This document shows, in pieces, positions 10,799-22,305 of a stretch of DNA of 64,000 nt. Each line of letters starts with the position of its first letter. Position 1 is the first letter of the stretch. Source of the stretch: an uncultured Thermoanaerobaculia bacterium (GTDB lineage: Bacteria > Acidobacteriota > Thermoanaerobaculia > Multivoradales > CAZRFU01); assembly GCA_964599475.1 (NCBI GenBank), contig CAZRFU010000001.1, positions 33,828-97,827 on the forward strand, in the 5' to 3' direction. A program made the position numbers and the translations under genes. The notes under the pieces are model-generated. The model searched no databases. It saw only the letters and a program-made list of their open reading frames with translations, and was not told where the DNA came from.

Positions 10799-11158
10799 TC
10801 AGCCCGCGAGCGCCGCCAGGAACGCCCCCAGACCCGGAACCGCCTGTACCCACAGGATGCGGCGGCTGGCAGTTGCAGCACCGAACAAGCCGGCGATCAC
10901 CACGCAGCCGCAGAAGAACAGCTGCAGTGGTCGTCCGGCGTCTCCGAGCCACCACGCCCATCCGAGGCCGGCGGCGAGGAATCCGTTGTAGAGCCCCTGG
11001 TTGGCAGCCAAGACCCAGGTCTTCTCGGCGAGCTCTCGCGTGTGGCCGAAGACCCTTCGGCCCACGCGGTGACGCCACAAGAACATCTCCAGGACCAGGA
11101 ATGCGAGGTGCAAGGCGGCAACCAGCAACAGCAACACATCGCGAACATGGTGGAGCAT
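10799..11158 (-). CDS. DUF1304-like small membrane protein
   Basis: This 119-aa product has four hydrophobic segments and the sequence pattern typical of DUF1304. Confidence 0.5.
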   Translation of the reverse strand: MLHHVRDVLLLLVAALHLAFLVLEMFLWRHRVGRRVFGHTRELAEKTWVLAANQGLYNGFLAAGLGWAWWLGDAGRPLQLFFCGCVVIAGLFGAATASRRILWVQAVPGLGAFLAALAG

Positions 11159-11203
11159 CGATCGAGTTTACAGCGGATCCCTGATCCCTAATCCGACATC
11201 GCG

Positions 11204-11278
11204 ATGCCGCGATGCGGCATAAAGCTTGCCGCAGCTTGACATCGAATGCCGCAGTGCGGTAGGCTGTTCTTGCCGCAG
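11204..11278 (+). promoter_or_regulatory. Putative phaR promoter (TTGACA-N18-TAGGCT) with three (T/A)TGCCGCAG operator-like repeats and an upstream palindrome
   Basis: The palindrome ATGCCGCGATGCGGCAT is at 11204-11220. The -35 TTGACA is at 11236 and the -10 TAGGCT at 11260. TGCCGCAG boxes lie at 11226, 11246 and 11270, one of them the near-palindrome GCCGCAgTGCGGt. Confidence 0.4.
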
Positions 11279-11323
11279 AGCGGCGCTATCGAGCCGCCGC
11301 TCCAGATCATCGAGGAGCCACCC

Positions 11324-11905
11324 ATGATTCGAGTCATCAAGCGCTACGAGAGTCGCAAGCTGTACGACACCGAGGAGAGTCGCTACGTGTCCTTGGACGA
11401 TGTTGCCACCTGGGTCCGTGAGGGCCAACAGGTGCGGATCGTCGACAACGCCTCGTCGGAGGACGTCACCGCCCAGACGCTGACCCAGATCATTCTGGAA
11501 GAGGGTCGCAAGGGCATTTCGTTCCTACCGAGTGAGTTGATGCACGAGCTGGTACGCCTCGGGGAGCGGGCAGTGTCGTCCAGCGTCGAGCAGATCCAGC
11601 ACGGCGTCGATCGCCTGGTGCGCGGTTCTCTCGACCGGTTTGCTCCGCTGCGCCGGGTTCGCGAGGACATGACGCTGCTGCGCCAGCGCCTGGAGGAGCT
11701 CGAAGGCTCGCTGTCGTCGCTCGAGGCCGAGCGTCAGACATCGACGAAGGATGTGGTCGCGGCCAAGCCCAAGTCGGCGCCGAAGCCTGCTGCCAGGGCT
11801 GCAGCCGCGAAGTCGGCCGAGCCGGCGAAGCCGATCGCCGCCAAGCCCGCGGCCAGCCGGCGGCCCCGCGCCGTCGTCAAGAAGGTCGCGCCGAAGGCCG
11901 AGTGA
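11324..11905 (+). CDS. phaR: Polyhydroxyalkanoate synthesis repressor PhaR
   Basis: The N-terminus MIRVIKRYESRKLYDTEESRYVSLDDV is the canonical PhaR DNA-binding region. Confidence 0.85.
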   Translation: MIRVIKRYESRKLYDTEESRYVSLDDVATWVREGQQVRIVDNASSEDVTAQTLTQIILEEGRKGISFLPSELMHELVRLGERAVSSSVEQIQHGVDRLVRGSLDRFAPLRRVREDMTLLRQRLEELEGSLSSLEAERQTSTKDVVAAKPKSAPKPAARAAAAKSAEPAKPIAAKPAASRRPRAVVKKVAPKAE

Positions 11906-11960
11906 TCGGATCTTTGAACCGACCCGCGCACGCCGCGCGGGCTGACTGAGGAGAATTGCC

Positions 11961-12365
11961 ATGACTGCCAAGAAGTCCACCGCCAAGAACGAAGCAGCCG
12001 ATCGCTTCGCCGCCGAGCTGCGCGAAGGCGCGCACAAGATCTGGCTTGCCGGCCTCGGAGCGTTCACCGTCGCCGAGGAGGAAGGCAACAAGTTGTTCAA
12101 GAGCCTGGTTGAGCGCGGCGAGGAGTTCGAGTCCCGCGGTCGCGACCGGGTCGAAAAGGTCAAGACCAGCGTGGAAGAGGCTGCCAAGACCACCCGCGAG
12201 CGCATCGGCGACGCGTGGAGCAGCTTCGAGACCGGGCTCGACGAGAAGGTTGCCGCCGCAGTGCACAAGCTGGGGGTGCCGACCCGCGAGGAGATCCACA
12301 CGCTGACCAAGCGGGTGGAGGAGCTGACCAGCGCGGTCGAATCGCTGCGCGCCAAGAAGGGCTGA
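11961..12365 (+). CDS. Phasin-family PHA granule-associated protein
   Basis: This 134-aa coiled-coil protein (KIWLAGLGAFTVAEEEGNKLFKSLVERGEE) is of the PhaF/TIGR01837 type. Confidence 0.7.
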   Translation: MTAKKSTAKNEAADRFAAELREGAHKIWLAGLGAFTVAEEEGNKLFKSLVERGEEFESRGRDRVEKVKTSVEEAAKTTRERIGDAWSSFETGLDEKVAAAVHKLGVPTREEIHTLTKRVEELTSAVESLRAKKG

Positions 12366-12371
12366 CCATCC

Positions 12372-13586
12372 GTGCCAGCCGCGCGCCGAGCTGCCACGAA
12401 GTCGTTACCCAAGATCGCCCTCGCCCTCGCGGGCGGGGGCCCCGGGGGCGCCGTCTACGAGATCGGCGCGCTGCGGGCTCTCGACGAAGCCGTCGAGGGT
12501 CTCGATCTGAATCAGGTCGGCATGTACGTCGGCGTCAGTGCCGGGGCGTTCATTTCGGCGTGTTTGGCCAACCAATTGACACCGGCGCAGATGTGCCGGG
12601 CGATCATCAAGGACGAGCCGGGCGAGCACCCGTTCGTTCCCGAGACCTTCTTCCAGCCGCTGCTATCCGAGCTCGGGAGTCGCGCGGCGTCGTTGCCGGG
12701 CCTGATCGCCGACAGTGTGCGTGAGTTTCTGCGACGTCCCGGAGATCCGGGCCTGATCGAGTCGTTGACGCGGGTCGTTCGCGCGCTGCCGACCGCTGTG
12801 TTCGACAACGAGCCGATCCGCCAGTACCTGGCCTCGATCTACACCATCAAGGGTCGCACCGACGACTTCCGTCGGCTCGACCAGCGTCTGTTCATCGTCG
12901 CGGCCGACCTCGAGAGCGGGCGCGCAGTGCGTTTCGGCGAGCCGGGATGGGACCACATCCCGATCTCCCGGGCGGTGCAGGCGAGCACCGCACTGCCGGG
13001 GTTGTATCCGCCGGTCGAGATCGGTGGGCGCCACTACGTCGACGGCGTGCTGCTCAAAACCGTGCACGCATCGGTGGCGCTCGATGCCGGCGCGGAGTTG
13101 GTGCTTTGCGTCAACCCGATCGTGCCGGTCGATCTCTCGAAATCCGCAGATGCTGCCGGAGAGTTGATCCGCCGCGGACTGCCGGCGGTGCTCTCCCAGG
13201 CGATGCGCACGTTGATCCACTCGCGCATGGAGGTCGGTTTTGCGGCCTACCACGAGCGCTATCGGGGCTCGGACATCGTGTTGCTCGAGCCGGAGCGTGA
13301 AGACCACACCATGTTCTTCACCAACATCTTCTCGTTCTCGTCGCGGCGCGCCGTCTGTGAGCACGCGTACGAGGCGACTCGGCGCCTCCTGCTCGCGCGC
13401 TACGACGAGCTGGCGCCGGTGTTCGCGCGCCATGGCATGAAACTGCGCCGAGATCGGCTCGAGAACGGCGGCGGAATGTGGCAAGGCCTCGGCCTCGAGC
13501 CCCACCAGGGCCGCGAGGATGTGGAGATCGTCACGAGTCGCCTCGAGTCGATGCTCGATCGCGTCGAGCGTCTGGCGCGCTGCTGA
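12372..13586 (+). CDS. Patatin-like phospholipase
   Basis: It has a GGGxxG oxyanion motif (LAGGGPGG), a GVSAG serine hydrolase motif and a catalytic DG(V) region. Confidence 0.8.
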   Translation: MPAARRAATKSLPKIALALAGGGPGGAVYEIGALRALDEAVEGLDLNQVGMYVGVSAGAFISACLANQLTPAQMCRAIIKDEPGEHPFVPETFFQPLLSELGSRAASLPGLIADSVREFLRRPGDPGLIESLTRVVRALPTAVFDNEPIRQYLASIYTIKGRTDDFRRLDQRLFIVAADLESGRAVRFGEPGWDHIPISRAVQASTALPGLYPPVEIGGRHYVDGVLLKTVHASVALDAGAELVLCVNPIVPVDLSKSADAAGELIRRGLPAVLSQAMRTLIHSRMEVGFAAYHERYRGSDIVLLEPEREDHTMFFTNIFSFSSRRAVCEHAYEATRRLLLARYDELAPVFARHGMKLRRDRLENGGGMWQGLGLEPHQGREDVEIVTSRLESMLDRVERLARC

Positions 13587-13708
13587 CTCTGGGAGCCGGG
13601 AGCCGGATCGACGCCTCCGTGTCGGGCGCCGGCCCGCTCGGGCGGGTGCCCTGGCCGAATACCGGTACGATAGAGGCGTTGACTCACTTTTGTTCTGGGG
13701 GGACAGTC

Positions 13709-14623
13709 ATGAGCCGTGCGCGCACTCTTGCTTTCGGACTCCTCGTGTCGGCGGTGGGCGGACTTGCTCCGGCGACTTTTGCGGTCGGTGAGGGTCGCAT
13801 TCACGGGACCATCAGTGACGAAGAGGGCAACCCGCTCAGCGGAGTCACCATCCAGGTCACTACTCCCGAGCGTCCGACGTTCGAGCTCGAGGAGTCCACG
13901 GACGCCAAGGGTGCGTATGCCTTCACCATCCGGGACGCGTCCCTCATCTACACCTATCGATTCAGCAAGTCGGGGTACCAAACCCTCGAGCATGTAGAGC
14001 GAATCCCCTTGCACACGAACACCAAGCGTGATTTCACGCTGAAGACCGAACGTGCTGGCGGAGCCGCGACCGCGGTCTTCAACGAGGGGGCCGTAGCTGC
14101 GCAGGCGAAGGACTACGCTACCGCCGAGGCCAAGTTCAAAGAGGCCGTGGCTCTCGATCCGGCGCTGGCGCCAGGATGGTCGGCTCTCGCGGCGATCTAC
14201 CTCGAACAGGGCAAGACTGCCGAGGCCGCGGCGATGGCGGACAAGGCGGTGGAGCTTGCTCCCGACGTGGCGCGCCACCAGCACCTGCGCTACGAGGCGT
14301 GGCGCCTAGCCGGCAACGCGGAGAAAGCCGCCGAGGCGAAGGCAGCGTTCGAGAAGCTCGACCCCAAGGGCATGGTGATTCCGCTGGTCAACCAGGGGAT
14401 CGAGGCCTTCAACCAGGGTGACATCCCGGCCGCGACCAAGGCCCTCGAACAGGCAATCGCGCTGGACGACACCAACATCAAGGGCCTGTTCACGCTGGGG
14501 CTGTGCTACGTCAATGCCGGTAACTCGGCCAAGGCGAAGGAGACGTTCGAGAAGTACCTCGCCCTCGCTCCGGCCGACGATCCGGACATGGCCACCGCCA
14601 AGGAGATGGTCTCGTACCTCTAG
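13709..14623 (+). CDS. Secreted protein: carboxypeptidase-regulatory-like domain plus TPR repeats
   Basis: The start is ATG at 13709 with a signal peptide (MSRARTLAFGLLVSAVGGLAPATFA). An Ig-like CarbopepD_reg-type segment follows (GRIHGTISDEEGNPLSGVTIQVT), then Ala-rich TPRs. Confidence 0.5.
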   Translation: MSRARTLAFGLLVSAVGGLAPATFAVGEGRIHGTISDEEGNPLSGVTIQVTTPERPTFELEESTDAKGAYAFTIRDASLIYTYRFSKSGYQTLEHVERIPLHTNTKRDFTLKTERAGGAATAVFNEGAVAAQAKDYATAEAKFKEAVALDPALAPGWSALAAIYLEQGKTAEAAAMADKAVELAPDVARHQHLRYEAWRLAGNAEKAAEAKAAFEKLDPKGMVIPLVNQGIEAFNQGDIPAATKALEQAIALDDTNIKGLFTLGLCYVNAGNSAKAKETFEKYLALAPADDPDMATAKEMVSYL

Positions 14624-14624
14624 G

Positions 14625-15012
14625 CCTAGCAAGCTCGTGGTGCACCCCGGTCTGACGGAAATGGGAACCGGCCGCGGACGGGCACCAAGGTACTGGGTAG
14701 CGGGTACCCGGGTACTGGCCCGGAGCGCCCGCGGCATTTGCTGAGCAGTTCCTCATGCACCCCTCCGTGGTGCACCCCGGAGGATGAGAATCAAGCCCGC
14801 CGTCCGGTCTGGGTTCCGGATCCCTGGTCCCGGGTCCCTGGTCCCGGGTCCCCATTTGCTGAGCAGTTCCCCATGCACCCCTCCGTGGTGCACCCCGGCC
14901 GATGAGAATCAGGTCCCTGATCCCTGATCTCCGGTACCCATTTTCCCAGCAGGCTGCGAGCCCATCTTCCTCGCTTCCGGGAGTACCCGGTACCCGGTAC
15001 ACCCGCTACCCC
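14625..15012. repeat. Large composite repeat cluster: at least two full and two partial core hairpin elements interleaved with tandem units
   Basis: Cores lie at 14734-14810 and 14850-14912 (TTGCTGAGCAGTTCC[C/T]CATGCACCCCTCCGTGGTGCACCCCGG...GATGAGAATCA). Partial cores lie at 14628-14650 and 14937-14961. Tandem units include ggtcccgggtccctggtcccgggtcc and gtacccggtacccggtac. Confidence 0.85.
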
Positions 15013-15013
15013 T

Positions 15014-16333
15014 CTACAACATCTCGCTCGCCAGATTGGCCAGTGCCGAACGTTCACCCTTCTTGAGCGAGACGTGGGCGTAGAGCCCTTGTCCGCGCAG
15101 GCGCTCGATGACGTAGGAGAGGCCGTTGCTGCGGGCATCGAGGTACGGTGTGTCGATCTGGAACACGTCGCCGGTCAACACTACCTTGGTGCCTTCGCCG
15201 GCGCGGGTGACGATCGTCTTGACCTCGTGGGGGGTCAGGTTCTGTGCCTCGTCGACGATGAACAGGATCTGTGAGAAGGAACGGCCGCGGATGTAGGCGA
15301 GGGGCGCGACGTGGAGCTTTTCTTGCTCGATCATCTCGTTGATCCGCTTGTGCTCGCGGTCCTTGGGGTCGAACTGCGACCGGATGAACGAGAGATTGTC
15401 CCACAGCGGCTGCATGTAGGGGTTGATCTTGGAGGCGACGTCGCCCGGGAGGTAGCCGATGTCCTTGTTTGAAAGGGGTACGATCGGCCGCGCTAGGTAG
15501 ATCTGGCGGTAGTGGCGCCGCTGCTCGAGGGCTCCGGCCAACGCCAGCAAGGTCTTGCCGGTGCCGGCGGGGCCCGCCAGCGTGACCAGGGGCACGTCGG
15601 TCGTCAGCACCGCGTGGAGGGCAAAGGTCTGCTCCGCGTTGCGCGGCCAAATCCCGTAGGCCGGTTGTTTGATGATCCGCTCTAGCCGGTCGGTGCGCGG
15701 GTTGAAGAATGCCAGGGCCGAGCGGCCCGGTGACCGAACGATCAGGTACTGGTTGGCCAGCGGTGCGAAGACACTCTCGAAAGAGGATCGATCGAGGAAG
15801 CCGTGCTCGTGGAGGTGATCGACCAACGCGGCGTCGCCGAGGTCGATCTCGCTGGCCTCGGCGGACAGGCGCTCGAGATCCGACACGCGAACCGTCTCGT
15901 AGTCTTCGGCCACGAGATTGACGGCGCGAGCCTTGAGGCGAAGGTTGATGTCCTTCGACACCAGAATCACCGGTCGGTCCTGCACCTGCTCCTTGAGAGA
16001 CAGTGCTGCGTTCAGGATGCGGTGGTCGTTCTTGTTCGACCCGAACAGGGCATTGGTGTCGACCGGTCCGGTCTGATCCGCCAGGACGCGGAAATTGCCC
16101 CTCGTCGAACCGTTCAGAGGGATCCACTCGCGCAGCAGGTTGCCGCCTGAGAGGGTGTCGAGCTGGCGGATGAACTCTCGCGCCTGAAGGTTCATCACGC
16201 TGTTGCCCTTCTTGAACTGATCCAGCTCCTCGAGCACCGTCAGCGGGATCGCCACGTCGTGCTCTTCGAAGTTCTGAATCGCCAGGCCGTCGTAGAGGAT
16301 GACGGACGTGTCGAGCACGAAGATCTTCTTCAT
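15014..16333 (-). CDS. PhoH2-type protein: N-terminal PIN domain fused to a PhoH-like ATPase
   Basis: The start is ATG at 16333 (MKKIFVLDTSVILYDG...), which carries the PIN acidic residues. The PhoH P-loop is [13 protein letters not shown] and a Walker B follows. Confidence 0.85.
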   Translation of the reverse strand: MKKIFVLDTSVILYDGLAIQNFEEHDVAIPLTVLEELDQFKKGNSVMNLQAREFIRQLDTLSGGNLLREWIPLNGSTRGNFRVLADQTGPVDTNALFGSNKNDHRILNAALSLKEQVQDRPVILVSKDINLRLKARAVNLVAEDYETVRVSDLERLSAEASEIDLGDAALVDHLHEHGFLDRSSFESVFAPLANQYLIVRSPGRSALAFFNPRTDRLERIIKQPAYGIWPRNAEQTFALHAVLTTDVPLVTLAGPAGTGKTLLALAGALEQRRHYRQIYLARPIVPLSNKDIGYLPGDVASKINPYMQPLWDNLSFIRSQFDPKDREHKRINEMIEQEKLHVAPLAYIRGRSFSQILFIVDEAQNLTPHEVKTIVTRAGEGTKVVLTGDVFQIDTPYLDARSNGLSYVIERLRGQGLYAHVSLKKGERSALANLASEML

Positions 16334-16509
16334 TTGGCGGTGATCCCCCTGTTTCTGGCCCTCGGGTCTCGACGCACACGGCGGAGAGAAGTGCGAGACG
16401 CTAGCGTTTCTGATGGCTGGCGAACGGTCGAATAGCGGAGCACTAGGCGGGAACGATATCGTGAGCTCGTCCATGCGGCAAGGCGACGGGCGCGAGGTAC
16501 ACTCTGCGG

Positions 16510-18621
16510 ATGGTCGCCGAAGGGAGTAGCGGGAGACTTCGAGAGCTGGGGCTCCTCAGGCTCTTGGTCGCGCTGCCCTTGGTCGTCGCCGCGATCGCCT
16601 GGGTGATGATGCCGATCGTGTCCTATGACACGGATATCTGGTATCACCTCGCAGATGGGAGGAAGATCGTCCAGACTGGGGAGATTCCCCACACACTGGA
16701 TTTCTCTTTTCTGGCTCAGCGTGAGTGGGTCGACTACTTCTGGGGATTCCAGGCACTCCTCTACACGGTCTTCGATGCGTTCGGTTTCGGAGGCTTGATC
16801 GGTCTTCGCGCCGTGCTGTTCGTCGCCGTGCTGGGCTGCATCACGGCCTTGCTCTGGCCAGCCGGTGTGGTGTGCTGGCGTTCGTGGCTTGCCACCGCGG
16901 CAGTAGTCAGCTGCTACGCCGTGATTCTCGGGCCGAGGTATCACCTCGTGCGCCCGCACACCGTCAGCTATCTCCTGATCGTGGTGGTTCTGTACATCAC
17001 AACTCGTCGGCCCAAGTGGGTATTGGCCCTTCCGCTCGTGGCGCTGGTGTGGGTCAACGTTCATGGGGTCACATTTCCGGTCTTGCTGTTATGCCTGGGG
17101 TCGCTGTTCGCCGACCAGGTGGTCGGGAGAGTGAAGGATCCGGGCGGTTCTCAGCGAACAGAGCCTCTTCTGGCAGTGTTGCTGGGCGCTGCGGCGGTAC
17201 TGGCCACTCCGGCTGGCTCAGCACTGCTCCCGCTTCCTTTTGCGGATTGGCGCTTCGCCGCCGGCTACATCGAGGAGTTGGGCAAGCAGAGCCTGGGTGA
17301 CATCTTCGGTTTGGAATTCGAGGGCCTCGGGCTTTCCCAGGGTTCGGCGCTGACGGTTGTGGGCGCCATGGCGGTCGCTGGGCTGTGGAGGTTGCGCGGT
17401 CGTTGGTTGAGCGGAACTGGCGCGTTGGTTCTCGCGGCAGGCGGTTTGGTGTTGTTCCTGCGGGGGCATCGCTTTGGGGTCGAGTTCTCGCTGCTGCTCT
17501 TGCCCCTGATCAGGGTCAGCCTTGGGGGGGCTGAGAGGTGGACACGGGGAATCGTCACCTGGGTCGTCGCCTTGGTGTGGCTCTCGGGTTGCGCTGCCGT
17601 GTGGAAGGGTACCGAGGCAGGGAGGTGGGCAGGGCCTGTTGCGCCTTTCCGCCTGCCGCAGGGCGCCGTCGAGTACCTCAAGCGGGACCCGCTGCCAGGG
17701 ACGGTCATGAACCCTCCGGCCGTGGGTGGTTACCTCCTGTGGGCGCTGCCGCCGAGGTTCCAGTTTGCGATGGACATGAAGGTGCCCATTGTCTTCACCG
17801 ATCAGGATTTCTTTCTCGCTGATGGGTTCTACTGGCATGGGCCGATCCTCGACCGAGTAATCGCCGAGCACGATCCGACCTACGTGATGCTGCCGCTCAG
17901 CTCGGAGCCTTCCCTGCGTCGACTCCGGCAGCGGGCGCCTGAATATTCGCCGGTGTTCTTCGACGATACCGTTGTACTCTTTGCCGACCTGCAGCAACGC
18001 CCGGGAGCCCGCGTGCTCGAATCCATCGACCCCTATCGGCTCGACAACGGCGAGTCGATCCCCGAGTTCGACGCTGAAACCTCTGTAGTGGTCTCCCGAG
18101 AGCTCAACTATCTGCTGTCGATCCACCCGACCGGCTTGCTGACCAACCAGCTCAAGGCGATTCTGGCCACGCGCGCCGCACGGTTCGAGGAGGCCGAGCG
18201 CGCTGCGCGAGCCGTGATCGCCGTCGTTCCTGGCGGAGTCGCCGGTTGGCTGCTGCTTGGCGATGCTCGATCGGGACTCGGTGAACTGGACCGGGCAATC
18301 GAGGCCTATCGCCATGCAGAGCGGGTCGCGAGTGCTGCGGAGCGGCCGAAGGCCCTGCGGTCGCTCGCCATCGCACTGGCACGGGCGGGCAAGTCGGCTG
18401 AGGCTTACCGCACGATGGTCGAATTCTCCGGTTGGTACAATCCTGAAGTTTCGCTCGACGACTTGGAGCTTCTGGGTGGGCTCGCCGTGGAGCAGGGAGA
18501 TCTGGAGGCTGGGGCCAAGGTGCTGGAGCTGGTTCTGCTTCGAAGCTCGCCCGAGGACCGCAGCCGCGTGGATCGCGTGCGGAAGGTGCTCGCCGACCTT
18601 TCTGCGCTCACGGCCCAGTAG
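16510..18621 (+). CDS. Polytopic membrane protein (GT-C-like) with C-terminal TPR repeats
   Basis: It has at least 10 TM helices with an acidic first loop (YDTDIWYHLADGRKIV). The C-terminal 200 aa or so is TPR-like. This architecture resembles the TMTC/PMT class. Confidence 0.5.
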   Translation: MVAEGSSGRLRELGLLRLLVALPLVVAAIAWVMMPIVSYDTDIWYHLADGRKIVQTGEIPHTLDFSFLAQREWVDYFWGFQALLYTVFDAFGFGGLIGLRAVLFVAVLGCITALLWPAGVVCWRSWLATAAVVSCYAVILGPRYHLVRPHTVSYLLIVVVLYITTRRPKWVLALPLVALVWVNVHGVTFPVLLLCLGSLFADQVVGRVKDPGGSQRTEPLLAVLLGAAAVLATPAGSALLPLPFADWRFAAGYIEELGKQSLGDIFGLEFEGLGLSQGSALTVVGAMAVAGLWRLRGRWLSGTGALVLAAGGLVLFLRGHRFGVEFSLLLLPLIRVSLGGAERWTRGIVTWVVALVWLSGCAAVWKGTEAGRWAGPVAPFRLPQGAVEYLKRDPLPGTVMNPPAVGGYLLWALPPRFQFAMDMKVPIVFTDQDFFLADGFYWHGPILDRVIAEHDPTYVMLPLSSEPSLRRLRQRAPEYSPVFFDDTVVLFADLQQRPGARVLESIDPYRLDNGESIPEFDAETSVVVSRELNYLLSIHPTGLLTNQLKAILATRAARFEEAERAARAVIAVVPGGVAGWLLLGDARSGLGELDRAIEAYRHAERVASAAERPKALRSLAIALARAGKSAEAYRTMVEFSGWYNPEVSLDDLELLGGLAVEQGDLEAGAKVLELVLLRSSPEDRSRVDRVRKVLADLSALTAQ

Positions 18622-18681
18622 GGTTTCCTTCAACGATCTCGAGGTGTCCTGTCGAAGCGGGTTCCTTGCCTCAGGTCGCGC

Positions 18682-21318
<2,637 letters not shown>

Positions 21319-21342
21319 GTGGTCAAGTCTCCTTCTCCGGCC

Positions 21343-22305
21343 TCAGCTCACCGTCTCACCCGGCCGGGGAGTGAAGGTGCTGCGCGAAGCGAGCTCGCGC
21401 CACAGGCGGGCTTCGTCGTCCGACACCGTCGTCGGAACCGTGATCCGAAGCTCGGCGAAGAGATCGCCGCGGGCGCCGCGCGGCGTTGGGAAACCCTTCC
21501 CGGCGAGGCGGATACGCCGGCCGCTCGAGGATCCGGGAGGGATCTTGATGGTCACTGTGCCGTCGAGGGTCGGGACCCGCGCCTGGCCGCCGAGCACGGC
21601 CTCCCACGGCGCCACTGGGACCTCGACGCGCAGGTCGTCGCCGTCGAGGGTGAAGGCCGAGCCGTTGGCGAAGTCGATCGACACCAGCAGGTCGCCTCGG
21701 GGGCCGCCGCCGAAGCCTTCGCCTCCCTGGCCGGCGAGACGGATCTTCTGGCCGGGTCGGATGCCCTGAGGAATCTTGACGCGCAGAGTGCGGCGTTCGC
21801 CGGTGTGTGGGTCGGCCAGCTGAATCGAGCGTTCACCCCCGGCCGCGGCTTCCTCGAGCCCGAGGGTGAGCTGGACCTCGTGGTCGGCGCCCCGCGAAAC
21901 CCAGTGGGCGCCGCCGCCGGCTTGCGCGCGAGCGCCGCGACCGAACAAGGCTTCGAAGAAGGAGCTGAAACCCGACCCGCCGAATCCTCCGCCGAAGTCG
22001 GTACCGCCGAATCCACCGCCTCCTCCCTGGAAGCCGCGGAAGATCTCCTCGAAACCCGGGGGCGGTGCGCCGCTGCGTTGGCTTTGATTCCAGGCGGCGC
22101 CGAACTGGTCGTAGCGAGCCCGCTTCTCGGGGTCGCGCAGGACCTCGTAGGCTTCGCCGATCTCCTTGAAGCGGTCCTCGGCGCCCGGAGCGCGGTTGAC
22201 ATCCGGGTGGTACTTGCGCGCCATCTTGCGGTAGACCTTTTGGATCTCCTCCGCATCGGCGCTGCGGTCCACTCCCAGGATCTTGTAGTAGTCCTTGTAT
22301 TCCAC
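21343..22305 (-). CDS. cbpA: DnaJ-family co-chaperone of the CbpA type (J domain, no Zn finger)
   Basis: The J domain is DYYKILGV...KYHPD. A G/F-rich linker and C-terminal substrate-binding domains follow. The CxxCxGxG repeats are absent. Confidence 0.8.
   Translation of the reverse strand: MEYKDYYKILGVDRSADAEEIQKVYRKMARKYHPDVNRAPGAEDRFKEIGEAYEVLRDPEKRARYDQFGAAWNQSQRSGAPPPGFEEIFRGFQGGGGGFGGTDFGGGFGGSGFSSFFEALFGRGARAQAGGGAHWVSRGADHEVQLTLGLEEAAAGGERSIQLADPHTGERRTLRVKIPQGIRPGQKIRLAGQGGEGFGGGPRGDLLVSIDFANGSAFTLDGDDLRVEVPVAPWEAVLGGQARVPTLDGTVTIKIPPGSSSGRRIRLAGKGFPTPRGARGDLFAELRITVPTTVSDDEARLWRELASRSTFTPRPGETVS

Noticed and set aside
14757-14790. Tiny ORF inside the core element (ATG CAC CCC TCC GTG GTG CAC CCC GGA GGA TGA = MHPSVVHPGG)
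   Set aside because: It is only 10 codons, has no RBS context, and is a by-product of the palindromic hairpin sequence.
14625-15012. Possible CRISPR array, because of regularly recurring about 60-nt conserved units separated by other sequence
   Set aside because: The units between the conserved cores are themselves tandem simple repeats, not unique spacers. Spacing is irregular. The same core occurs as isolated copies scattered across 60 kb. No cas genes are present. This is a MITE/REP-like family, not a CRISPR.
14511-15138. Long ORFs through the repeat loci (14511-15002 and 14791-15138; also 6945-8171, 7270-8022, 33115-34950 and the 5' parts of 7047-8336 and 31952-34042)
   Set aside because: Their translations are repeat-derived low-complexity (PGTGYPVPG..., HPPGCTTEGCMGN...) or Arg/Pro/Ala-rich antisense products. 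In a roughly 70% GC genome long stop-free frames are expected by chance. Each overlaps a well-supported gene on the other strand or frame.
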